DNA of 64,000 bases from the human T2T-CHM13v2.0 reference genome, Homo sapiens: assembly GCF_009914755.1 (NCBI RefSeq), contig NC_060933.1. The stretch is one strand, 5' to 3'. Shown piece by piece: positions 44,270 to 56,909 of the stretch. Both the position numbers and the translations under genes were made by a program. A model generated the notes under the pieces. It made no database searches, was not told where the DNA came from, and was given only the letters and a program-made list of their open reading frames with translations. Numbering within the stretch: the stretch's first letter is position 1; the number at the start of each line of letters is the position of its first letter.

Positions 44270-44600
44270 TTCCATTACATTACATTCGGATTGATTCTAT
44301 TCAATTCCCTTACACTCCATTACATTACATTCCATTCGGGTAGTTTCCATTCCATTCCTCTCCATTCCATTGCACTCGGGTTGATTCCATTCCATTGTAT
44401 TCCATTCCATTCCATTCCATTCCATTCCATTCCATTACATTACATTACATTCGGATTGATTCTATTCAATTCCCTTACACTCCATTACATTACATTCCAT
44501 TCGGGTAGTTTCCATTCCATTCCTCTCCATTCCATTGCACTCGGGTTGATTCCATTCCATTGCATTCCATTCCATACCATTCAATTCCATTCCGTTCCAT
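44270..44600 (+). repeat. Short tandem duplication, 165 bp period
   Basis: TACATTACATTCGGATTGATTCTATTCAATTCCCTTACAC...CGGGTAGTTTCC...CCTCTCC repeated with TCGGA at 44286 and 44451. Confidence 0.85.
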
Positions 44601-45749
44601 TCCATTCCATTACATTCGGATTGATTCTATTCAACTCCCTTACTCTCCATTACATTCGATTCTATTCGGGTTGTTCCATTCCCTTCCATTCCATTCCATT
44701 CCACTCCATTCCATTGCACTCGGGTTGATTCCATTCCATTCCATTCCATTCCAGAAGATTCCATTCCATTGCATTCCATTACATTCCATTCCCCTGCACT
44801 CGCGTTGATTCCATTCCATTCCATTCCATTGCATTCCATTGCATTCCATTGCATTCCATTCCCCTGCACTCAGGTTGATTCCATTCCATTCCATTCCATT
44901 CCATTCCATTCCATTCCATTCTATTCGCGTTAATTCCATTCCACTCCATTCCATTACATTCCATTGCAATCGACTTGATTCCATTCCATTCCATTCCATT
45001 CCATTCAAGTCCTTTCCATTCCATTCCACTCGTGTTGATTCCATTTTATTAGTTTCCATTCCATTGCATTCCCTTCCATTCCACTCTGGTTGATTCCATT
45101 CCTTTCCATTCCACTCGAATTCATTCCCTTCTATTCCACTCGGAATGATTCCATTCCATTACGTTCCATTCCATTCCATTCCATTCCATTTCGTTCCATT
45201 CCATTTTATTCCGTACCATTCCATTCCATTCCATTACATTCCATTACATTCCATTCCATTCCATTCCATGCCATTCCACTCGGGTTGATTCCATTGCTTT
45301 CCATTCCATTTGGGTTGAATCCATTCCATTCCATTCCATTCCATTCCATTCCATTCCATTCAATTGCACTAGGTTTGATTCCATTCCACTGCATTCCATT
45401 CCATTCCATTCCATTCCTTTCCATTCCATTCCCCTGCACTCGGGTTCATTCCATTCCATTCCATTTACTTCCATTCCATTCCATTCCATTCCATTCCATG
45501 CCATTCCACTCGCGTTGATTCCATTCCCTTCCATTCCATTCGAGTTGAATCCATTCCATTCCATTCTATTCCATTCCATTCCATTCCATTCCATTCCATT
45601 CCATTATATTCGGGTTAATTTCATTCCATTCCATTCCATTCCCTTCCATTGCATTCCATTCCATTCCATTCCATTCCATTGAAATCTAGTTGATTCCATT
45701 CCATTCCATTCCATTCCATTCCATTCCATTCCATTCCATTCTATTCGGG

Positions 45750-46165
45750 TTAATTCCATTCCATTCCATTCCATTCCCTTCCATTCCATTCTATTCCATT
45801 CCATTCCATTCCATTCCATTCTATTAGGGTTAATTCCATTCCATTCCATTCCATTCCATTCCATCCCATTCCATTCCATTCCATTGCAATCGAGTTGATT
45901 CCATTCCATTCCATTCCATTCCATTCCATTCAATTCCATTGAACTCGGGTTAATTCCATTCCATTCCATTCCATTCCATTCCCTTCCATTCCATTCTTTT
46001 CCATTCCATTCCATTCCATTCCATTCTAATAGGGTTAATTCCATTCCATTCCATTCCATTCCATTCCATCCCATTCCATTCCATTCCATTGCAATCGAGT
46101 TGATTCCATTCCATTCCATTCCATTCCATTCCATTCCATTCCATTCAATTCCATTGAACTCGGGT
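45750..46165 (+). repeat. Short tandem duplication, ~205-215 bp period
   Basis: TAGGGTTAATT, CCATCCCATT and CAATTCCATTGAACTCGGG each occur twice in order (45821-45950 and 46025-46165). Confidence 0.75.
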
Positions 46166-49100
46166 TGATTCCATTCCATTCCATGCCATTCCATTTCATT
46201 CCATTCCATTCCATTCCATTCCTTTCCGTTCCATTCCATTACATTCGGATTGATTATATTCAATTCCCTTACACTCCATTACATTCTATTCCATTCGTGT
46301 TGTTTCCATTCTATTCCATTCCATTCCACTCCATTCCATTGCACTCTGGTTGATTCCATTCCATTCCCTTCCATTCCGTATGACTCCATTCCATTTCATT
46401 CCATTCCATTGCATTCCCCTGCACTGGAGTTGATTACATTCCATTCCATTCCCTTCCTTTCCGTTCCATTCCATTCTATTCGGGTTAATTCCATTCCATT
46501 CCATTACATTCCATTCCCTTCCATTCCATTCCATTCCATTCCATTCCATTCCATTCGATTCTATCCGGGTTAATTCCATTCCATTCCATTCCATTCCATT
46601 CCATTCCATTGCAATCGAGTTGATTCCATTCCATTCCATTCCATTCCATTCCATTCCATTCCATTCCATTCCATTCCGGATGATTCCATTCCATTGCCTT
46701 CCATTCCATTCCATTACCATGCACTCGGGTTGATTCCATTCCTTTCCATTCCTTTCAAGTTGAACCCATTCCATTCCATTCCATTCCATTCCATTCCATT
46801 GCACACGGGTTCATTCCATTCCATTCCATTCCATTCCATTTCGTTTTTTTCCATTCTATTCCGTACCATTCCATTCCATTCCATTCCATTCCATGCCATT
46901 CCACTCGGGTTTATTCCATTCCTTTCCATTCCATTCGGGTTCAATCCATTCCATTCCCTTCCATTCCATTCGATTCCATTCCATTGCACTCGGGTTGATT
47001 CCATTGCATTCCATGCCATTCCATTTCATTCCATTCCATTCCAATCCATTCCATTCCATTCCATTCCATTCCATTCCATTCTATTCCGTTCCATTCCATT
47101 CAATTACATTCGTATTGATTCTTTTTAATTCCCTTACACTCCATTACATTCCATTCCATTCGGGTACTTTCCATTCCATTCCATTCCATTCCACTGCATT
47201 CTATTGCACTCGGGTTGATTGATTCCATTCCATTGCATTCCATTCCATTCCATTCCCCTCAACTCGGGTGGATTCCATTCCATTCCATTCCATTCCATTC
47301 CGTTCCATTCCATTCCATTCCATTCTGTTCAGGTTAATTCCATTCCATTCCATTCCCTTCCATTCCATTCCATTCTATTCCATTCCATTCCATTCCATTC
47401 CCCTGCACTCAGTTTGATTCCATTCCATTCCATTCCATTCCATTCCGTTCCATTCCATTCCAATCCATTCTATTCGCATTAATTCCATTCAATTCCATTC
47501 CATTACATTCCATTGCAATCGAGTTGATTCCATTCCATTCCATTCAAGTCCTTTCCATTCCATTCCACTCGTGTTGATTCCATTTTATTAGTTTCCATTC
47601 CATTCCATTCCCTTCCATTCCACTCTGGTTGATTCCATTCCTTTCCATTCTACTCGAATGCATTCCCTTCTATTCCACTCTGATTGATTCCATTCCATTC
47701 TGTTCCATTCCATTCCATTTCGTTCCATTCCATTCTATTCCATTCCATTCCATTCCATTCCTTTCCATTCCACTCCGTTCCATTCCATTCCTTTCCATTC
47801 CATTCCATTTCTTTCCATTCCATTCTATTCCATACCATTCCATTCCATTCCGTTCCATGCCATTCCACTCGGGTTGATTCCATTGCTTTCCATTCCATTT
47901 GGGTTGAATCCATTCCATTCCATTCCATTCCATTCCATTCCATTCCATTCCATTCCATTGCATTCCATTCCATTGCACTAGGATTGATTCCATTCCACTG
48001 CATTCCATTCCATTCCATTCCATTCCATTCCATTCCATTCCGTTCCATTCCATTCCATTACATTCGTATTGATTGTATTCAATTCCCTTACACTCCATTA
48101 CATTCCATTCCATTCGGGTTGTTTCCATTCCATTCCATTCCATTCCACTCCATTCCATTGCAGTCGGGTTGATTCCATTCCATTCCATTCCATTCCCTTC
48201 CATTCCATTTCGTTCCATTCCATTCTATTCCATACCATTCCATTCCATTCCATTCCATTCCATTCCATTCCATTCCATTCCATGCCATTCCACTCGGGTT
48301 GATTCCATTCCATTCCATTCCATTCGGGTTGAAACCATTCCATTCCATTCCATTCCATTCCATTCCATTCCGGATGATTGCATTCCATTGCCTTCCATTC
48401 AATTGCATTCCCCTGCACCCGGGTTGATTCCATTCAATTCCATTCCATTCCATTCCGTTCCATTCCATTCCATACCATTCCATTCCATTCCATTCCATTC
48501 TATTCGGGTTAATTCCATTCCATTCCATTCCATTCCATTCAATTTCATTGCAATCGGGTTGATTCCATTCCGTTCCATTCCATTGCATTCCATTCCATTC
48601 CATTCCATTCCATTCCATTCCATTCCATTCCACTCGGGTTGATTCCATTCCTTTCCATTCCATTCGGGGTGAAGCCTTTCCATTCCATTCCATTCCTTTC
48701 GATTCCATTCCATTGCACTCGGGTTGATCCCATTCCATTGCATTCCATTCCATTCCATTACATTCCATTCCATTCCATTCCGTTCCATTCAATTCCATTA
48801 CATTCGGATTGATTCTATTCAATTCCCTTACACTCCATCACATTCCATTCCATTCGGGTTGTTTCCATTCCATTCCATTCCATTCCATTCCATTCCATTC
48901 CATTCCATTCCATTCCGTATGATTCCATTCCATTGCATTCTATTTCATTCCATTCCCCTGCAGTCGGGTGGATTCCATTCTATTCCATTCCATTCCATTC
49001 CATTCCATTCCATTCCATTCCATTCCATTGAAATCGAGTTGATTCCATTCCATTGCATTCCATTCCATTCCATTCCATTCCATTCTATTCGGGTTAATTC

Positions 49101-52100
49101 CATTCCATTCCATTCCATTCCATTCCATTCCATTCCATTCCGGATGATTCCATTCCATTGCATTCCATTCCATTCCATTCCCCTGCACTCAGATTGATTC
49201 CATTCCATCCCATTCCTTTCCATTCCATTCCATTCCATTCTATTCGCGTTAATTCCATTCCATTCCATTCCATTCCATTACATTCCATTGCAATCGAGTT
49301 GATTCCATTCCATTCCGTTCCATTCCATTCCATTCCATTCCATTTCGATCCATTCCATTCTATTCCGTACCATTCCATTCCATTCCATTCCATTCCATTC
49401 CATTCCATTCCATGCCATTCCACTCGGGTTGATTCTATTGCTTTCCATTCCATTTGGGTTGAATCCAATCCATTCCATTGCATTCCATTCCATTCCATTC
49501 CATTCCATTGCACTAGGTTTGATTCCATTCCACTGCATTCCATTCCATTCCATTCCATTCCAATCCATTCCATTGCACTCGGGTTGATTCCATTCCATTC
49601 CATTCCATTCCATTCCATTCCGGAAGATTCCATTCCATTGCATTCCATTCCATTCCATTCCCCTGCACTCGGGTTGATTCCATTCCATTCCATTCCATTC
49701 CATTCCATTCCGTTCCGCTCCATTCCATTCCATTCCATTCCATTCCATTCCATTCCGTTCCGCTCCATTCCATTCCATTCCATTCTATTCGAGTTAATTC
49801 CATTCCATTCCATTCGATTGCAATCGAGTTGATTCCATTCCATTCCATTCCATTCCATTCCATTCCATTCCTTTCCATTCCATTACGGATGATTCCATTC
49901 CATTCCATTCCATTCCATTCCATTCCCCTGTACTCGGGTTGATTCCATTCCATTCCATTCCAATCCATGCCATTCCACTCGTGTTGATTCCATTCTTTCC
50001 ATTCCATTCAAGATGAATCCATTCCATTGCATTCCATTCCATTCGATTCCATTCGATTGCACTCGGGTTGATTCCATTCCATTGCATTCCATTCCATTCC
50101 ATTCCATTCCATTCCATTCCATTCCGTTCCATTCCATTCCATTACATTCGGATTGATTCTATTCAATTCCCTTACACTCCATTCCATTCCATTCCATTCG
50201 GGTAGTTTCCATTCCATTCCACTCCATTCCTCTCCTTTCCATTGCACTCGGGTTGATTCCATTCCATTGCATTCCATTCCATTCCATTCAATTCCATTCC
50301 GTTCTATTCCATTCCATTACATTCGGATTGATTCTATTCAACTCCCTTACTCTCCATTACATTCCATTCCATTCGGGTTGTTCCATTCCATTCCATTCCA
50401 TTCCACTCCATTCCATTGCACTCGGGTTGATTCCATTCCATTCCATTCCATTCCATTTCATTCCATTCCGGAAGATTCCATTCCATTGCATTCCATTCCA
50501 TTCCATTCCCCTGCACTCGTGTTTATTCCATTCCATTCCATTGTATTCCATTCCATTCCCTTCCTTTCCATTCCATTCCATTCCATTCCATTCCATTCTA
50601 TTCCGTTCCGTTCCACTCCATTCCATTCCATTCCATTCTATTTGGTTAATTCCATTCCATTCCATTCGATTGCAATCGAGTTGATTCCTTTCCATTCCAT
50701 TCCATTCCATTCCATTCCATTCCATTCCTTTCCATTCCATTACGGATGATTCCATTCAATTGCATTCCATTCCATTCCTTTCCCCTGTACTCGGGTTGAT
50801 TCCATTCCATTCCATTCCAATCCATGCCATTCCACTCGTGTTGATTCCATTCTTTCCATTCCATTCAAGTTGAATCCATTCCATTGCATTCCATTCCATT
50901 CGATTCCATTCGATTGCACTCGGGTTGATTCCATTCCTTTGCATTCCATTCCATTCCATTCCATTCCATTCCATTCCATTCCATTCCGTTCCATTCCATT
51001 TCATTACATTCAGATTTATTCTATTCAATTCCCTTACACTCCATTATATTCCAATCCATTCTGGTTGTTTCCATTCCATTCCATTCCATTTCACTCCTTT
51101 CCATTGCACTCGGGTTGATTCCATTCCATTCCATTCCATTGCATTCCATTCCAGTCCATTCCGGATGATTCCATTCCATTGCATTCCATTCCATTCCATT
51201 CCCCTGCACTCGGGTTGATTCCATTCCATTCCATTCCATTACATTCCGTTCCATTCCATTCCATTCCATTCGGATTGATTCTATTCAATTCCCTTACACT
51301 CCATTACATTCCATTCCATTCGGGTAGTTTCCATTCCATTGCATTCCATTCCTCTCCATTCCATTGCACTCGGGTTGATTCCATTCCATTGCATTCCATT
51401 CCATTCCATTCAATTCCATTCCGTTCCATTCCATTCCATTACATTTGGATTGATTCTATTCAACTCCCTTGCTCTCCATTACATTCCATTCCATTCGGGT
51501 TGTTTCATTCCATTCCATTCCATTCCACTCCATTCCATTGCACTCGGGTTGATTCCATTCCATTCCATTCCATTCCATTCCATTCCATTATGGAAGATTC
51601 CATTCCATTGCATTCCATTCCATTCCATTCCCCTGCACTCGCGTTGATTCCATTCCATTCCATTCTATTCCATTCCATTCCCTTCCTTTCCGTTCCATTC
51701 CATTCCATTCCATTCCATTCCATTCCGTTCCGTTCCATTACATTCCATTCCATTCTATTCGGGTTAATTCCATTCCATTCCATTCGATTGCAATCGAGTT
51801 GATTCCATTCCATTCCATTCCATTATATTCCATTCTATTCCTTTCCATTCCATTACGGATGATTCCATTCCATTGCATTCCATTCCATTCCATTCCCCTG
51901 CACTGGCGTTGATTCCATTCCATTCCATTCCATTCCATTCCATTCCTTTCCGTTCCATTCCATTCCATTCCATTCCATTCCATTCCAATCCATTCCATTC
52001 CGTTCCGTTCCGTTCCATTCCATTCCATTCCATTCTATTCGGGTTAATTCCATTCCATTCCGTTCGATTGCAATCGAGTTGATTCCATTCCATTCCATTC

Positions 52101-55100
52101 CATTCTATTCCATTCCATTGCAACCGAGTTGAATCCGTTGCATTTCATTCCATTCCATTCCATTCCATTCCGGAAGATTCCATTCCATTGCATTCCATTC
52201 CATGCCATTCCCCTGCACTCGCGTTGATTCCATTCCATTCCATTCCATTCCATTCCATTCCATTCCATTCCGTTCCGTTCTGTTCCATTCCATTCCATTC
52301 CATTCCATTCCATTCCATTCCGTTCCGTTCCATTCCATTCCATTCCATTCTATTCGGGTTAATTCCACTCCATTCCATTCGATTGCAATCGTGTTGATTC
52401 CATTCCATTCCATTCCATTCCATTCCATTCCATTCCATTCCTTTCCATTCCATTACGGATGATTCCATTCCATTGCATTCCATTCCATTCCATTCCCCTG
52501 TAATCGGGTTGATTCCATTCCTTTGCATTCCAATCCATGCCCTTCCACTCGTGTTGATTCCATTCTTTCCATTCCATTCAAGTTGAATCTTTTCCATTGC
52601 ATTCCATTCCATTCGATTCCATTCGATTGCACTCGGGTTGATTCCATTCCATTGCATTCCATTCCATTCCATTCCATTCCATTCCATTCCGTTCCATTCC
52701 ATTCCATTACATTCGGATTGATTCTATTCAATTCCCTTACACTCCATTACATTCCATTCCATTCGGGTAGTTTCCATTCCATTCCATTCCATTCCTCTTC
52801 ATTCCATTGCACTCGGGTTGATTCCATTCCATTGCATTCCATTCCATTCCATTCCGTTCCATTCCATTACTTTCGGATTGATTCTTTTCAACTCCCTTAC
52901 TCTCCATTACATTCCATTCCATTCGGGTTGTTCCATTCCATTCCATTCCACTCCATTCCATTGCACTCGGTTGATTCCATTCCATTCCATTCCATTCCGG
53001 ATGATTCCATTCCATTGCATTCCGTTCCATTACATTCCCCTGCACTCGGGTTGATTCCATTCCATTCCATTCCATTCCATTCGATTCCATTCCATTCCCC
53101 TGCACTCGCGTTGATTCCATTCCATTCCATTCCATTCCATTCCATTCCATTCCATTCCATTCCTTTCCGTTCCATTCCATTCCATTCCATTGCATTCCGT
53201 TCCGTTCCGTTCCATTCCATTCCATTCCATTCTATTCGGGTTAATTCCATTCCATTCCATTCCATTGCAATCGAGTTGATTCCATTCCATTCCATTCCAT
53301 TCCATTCCATTCCATTCCATTCCATTCATTTCCATTCCATTACGGATGATTCCATTCCATTGCATTCCATTCCATTCCATTCCCCTGTACTCGGGTTAAT
53401 TCCATTCCATTCCATTCCATTCCATTCCATTCCGTTCCATTCCATTACATTCGGATTGTTTCTATTCAACTCCCTTACTCTCCATTACATTCCATTCCAT
53501 TCGCGTTGTTCCATTCCATTCCATTCCATTCCACTCCATTCCATTGCACTCGTGTTGATTCCATTCCATTCCATTCCATTCCATTCCATTCCAATCCATT
53601 GTACTCGGTTTGATTCCATTCCATTGCATTCCATTCCATTCCATTCCATTCCTTTCCATTCCTTTCCATTACATTCGGATTGATTCTATTCAACTCCCTT
53701 ACTCTCCATTACATTCCATTCCATTCGGGTAGTTCCATTCCATTCCATTCCATTCCATTCCACTCCATTCCATTGCACTCGTGTTGATTCCATTCCATTC
53801 CATTGCATTCCGTTCCGCATGATTCCATTCCATTGCATTGCATTCCATTCCATTCCCCTGCAGTTGGGTTGATTCCATTCCATTCCATTCAATTCCATTC
53901 CATTCCATTCCATTCCGTTCCATTCCATTCCTTTCCGTTCCATTCCATTCCATTCCATTCCATTCCATTCCATTCCGTTCCGTTCCGTTCCGTTCCATTC
54001 CATTCCATTCCATTCTATTCGGGTTAATTCCATTCCATTCCATTCGAATGCAATCGAGTTGATTCCATTCCATTCCATTCCATTCCATTCCGTTCCATTG
54101 CATTCCATTCCTTTCCATTCCATTACGGATGATTCCATTCCATTGCATTCCATTCCATTCCAATCCATTGTATTCGGGTTAATTCCATTCCATTCCATTC
54201 CATTCCATTCCATTCCATTCCATTCCATTCCATTACAATCGAGTTGATTCCATTGCATTCCATTCCATTCCATTCCATTCCAGTCCTTTCCATTCCATTC
54301 CACTCGGGTTGATTCCATTCTATTAGTTTCCATTCCATTCCATTCCCTTCCATTCCACTCTGGTTGATTCCATTCCTTTCCATTCCACTCGAATACATTC
54401 TCTCCTATTCCACTCGGAACGATTCCATTCCATTCCATTCCATTCCATTCCATTCCATTCCATTCCATTCCGGTTGATTCCATTCCATTGCAATCCATTC
54501 CATTCCATTCCCCTGCACTCGCGTTGATTCCATTCCATTGCATTCCATTCCATTCCGTTCCGTTCCGTTTCATTCCATTCCATTCCATTCCGTTCCGTTC
54601 CGTTCCGTTGCATTCCATTCCATTCTATTCGGGTTAATTCCATTCCATTCCATTCGATTGCAATCGAGTTGATTCCATTCCATTCCATTCCATTCCATTC
54701 CATTCCATTCCATTCCATTCCATTCCTTTCCATTACATTACGGATGATTCCATTCCATGGCATTCCATTCCATTCCATTCCCCTGTTTTCGGTTTGATTT
54801 CATTCCATTCCATTCCATTCCATGCCATTCCACTCCTGTTGATTCCATTCTTTCCATTCCATTCAAGTTGAATCCATTCCATTGCATTCCATTCCATTCG
54901 ATTCCATTCTATTGCACTCGGGTTGATTCCATTCCATTGCATTCCATTCCGTTCCGTTCCATTCCATTACTTTCGGATTGATTCTATTCAATTCCTTTAC
55001 ACTCCATTCCATTCCATTCCATTCGGGTAGTTTCCATTCCATTCCATTCCATTCTTCTCCATTCCATTGCACTCGGGTTGATTCCATTCCATTCCATTCC

Positions 55101-56909
55101 ATTCCATTCCATTCCATTCCGGATGATTCCATTCCATTGAATTCCATTCCATTCCATTCCCCTGCACTTGGGTTGATTCCATTCCATTCCATTCCATTCC
55201 TTTCCGTTCCAATCCATTCCATTCAATTCCATTCCATTCTATTCGTGTTAATTCCATTCCATTCTATTCCATTCCATTCCATTGAAATCGAGTTGATTCC
55301 ATTCCATTCCATTCAATTCCATTCCATTCCGGATGATTCCATTCCATTGCATTCCATTCCATTCCATTCCCCTGCACTCGGGTTGAATCCATTCCATTCC
55401 ATTCCATTCCATTCCGTTCCATTCCGTTCCATTGCATTCTATTCGGGTTAATTCCATTCCATTCCATTCCACTCCATTCCAGTCTTTTCCATTCCATTCC
55501 ACTCGGGTTGATTCCTTTCTATTCCTTTCCATTCCATTCCATTCCATTGCAATCGGGTTGATTCCATTCGAGTTGAATCCATTCCATTCCATTCCATTCC
55601 ATTACATTGCACACAGGTTCATTCCATTCCATTCCATTAAATTCCATTCCACTCCCTTTCATTCCATTCCATTCCATTCCATTCTATTCCGTACCATTCC
55701 ATTCCATCCCATTCCATTCCATTCCATTCCATTCCATGCCATTACACTCGGGTTGATTCCACTCCTTTCCATTCCATTCTTGTTGAATCCATTCCATTCC
55801 ATTCCATTCCATTCGAATCCATTCCATTGCACTCGGGTTGATTCCATTCCATTCCATTCCATTCCATTTCATTCCATTCCATTCCATTACATTCGGATTG
55901 ATTCTATTCAATTCCCTTACACTCCATTACATTCCATTCCATTCGGGAAATTTCCATTCCATTCCATTCCATTCCATTCCACTCCATTCCATTGCATTGG
56001 GTTGATTGCATTCCATTCCATTCCATTCCATTCCGGATGATTCCATTCCATTGCATTCCATTCCATTCCATTCCCCTGCACTCGGGTTGATTACATTCCA
56101 TTCCATTCCCTTCCATTCGTTTCCATTCCATTCCACTCCATTGCAATCGAGTTGATTCCATTCCATTCCATTCCATTCCATTCCATTCCATTCCGGATGA
56201 TTGCATTCCATTGCATTCCATTCCATTCCATTCCCCTGCACTCGGGTTGATTCCATTCCATTTCATTCCATTTCATTCCGTTCCATTCCATTCCATTCCA
56301 TTCTATTCGAGTTAATTCCATTCCATTCCATTAAAATTCCATTCCATTCCATTCCATTGCAATCGAGTTGATTCCATTCCATTCCATTCCATTCCATTCC
56401 ATTCCAATCGATTTGATTCCATTGCATTCCATTCCATTCCACTCCATTCCAGTCCTTTGAATTCCATTCCACTCGGGTTGATTCCAGTCTATTCCTTTCC
56501 ATTCCATTCCATTCCATTGCAATCGAGTTGATTCCTTTCGAGTTGAATCCATTCCATTCCATTCCATTCCATTCCATTGCACACGGGTTCATTCCATTCC
56601 ATTCCATTCCATTTCATTCCATTCCATTCTATTCCGTACCATTCCATTCCATCCCGTTCCATTCCATTCCATTCCATGCCATTACACTCGGGTTGATTCC
56701 ATTCTTTTCCATTCCATTCTTGTTGAATCCATTCCATTCCATTCCATTATATTCGAATCCATTCCATTCCATTCGAATCCATTCCATTGCACTCGGTTTG
56801 ATCCATTCCATTCCATTCCATTCCATTTCATTCCATTCCCTTCCATTTCATTCGGACTGGTTCTATTCAATTGCCTTACACTCCATTACATTCCATTCCA
56901 TTCGTGATG

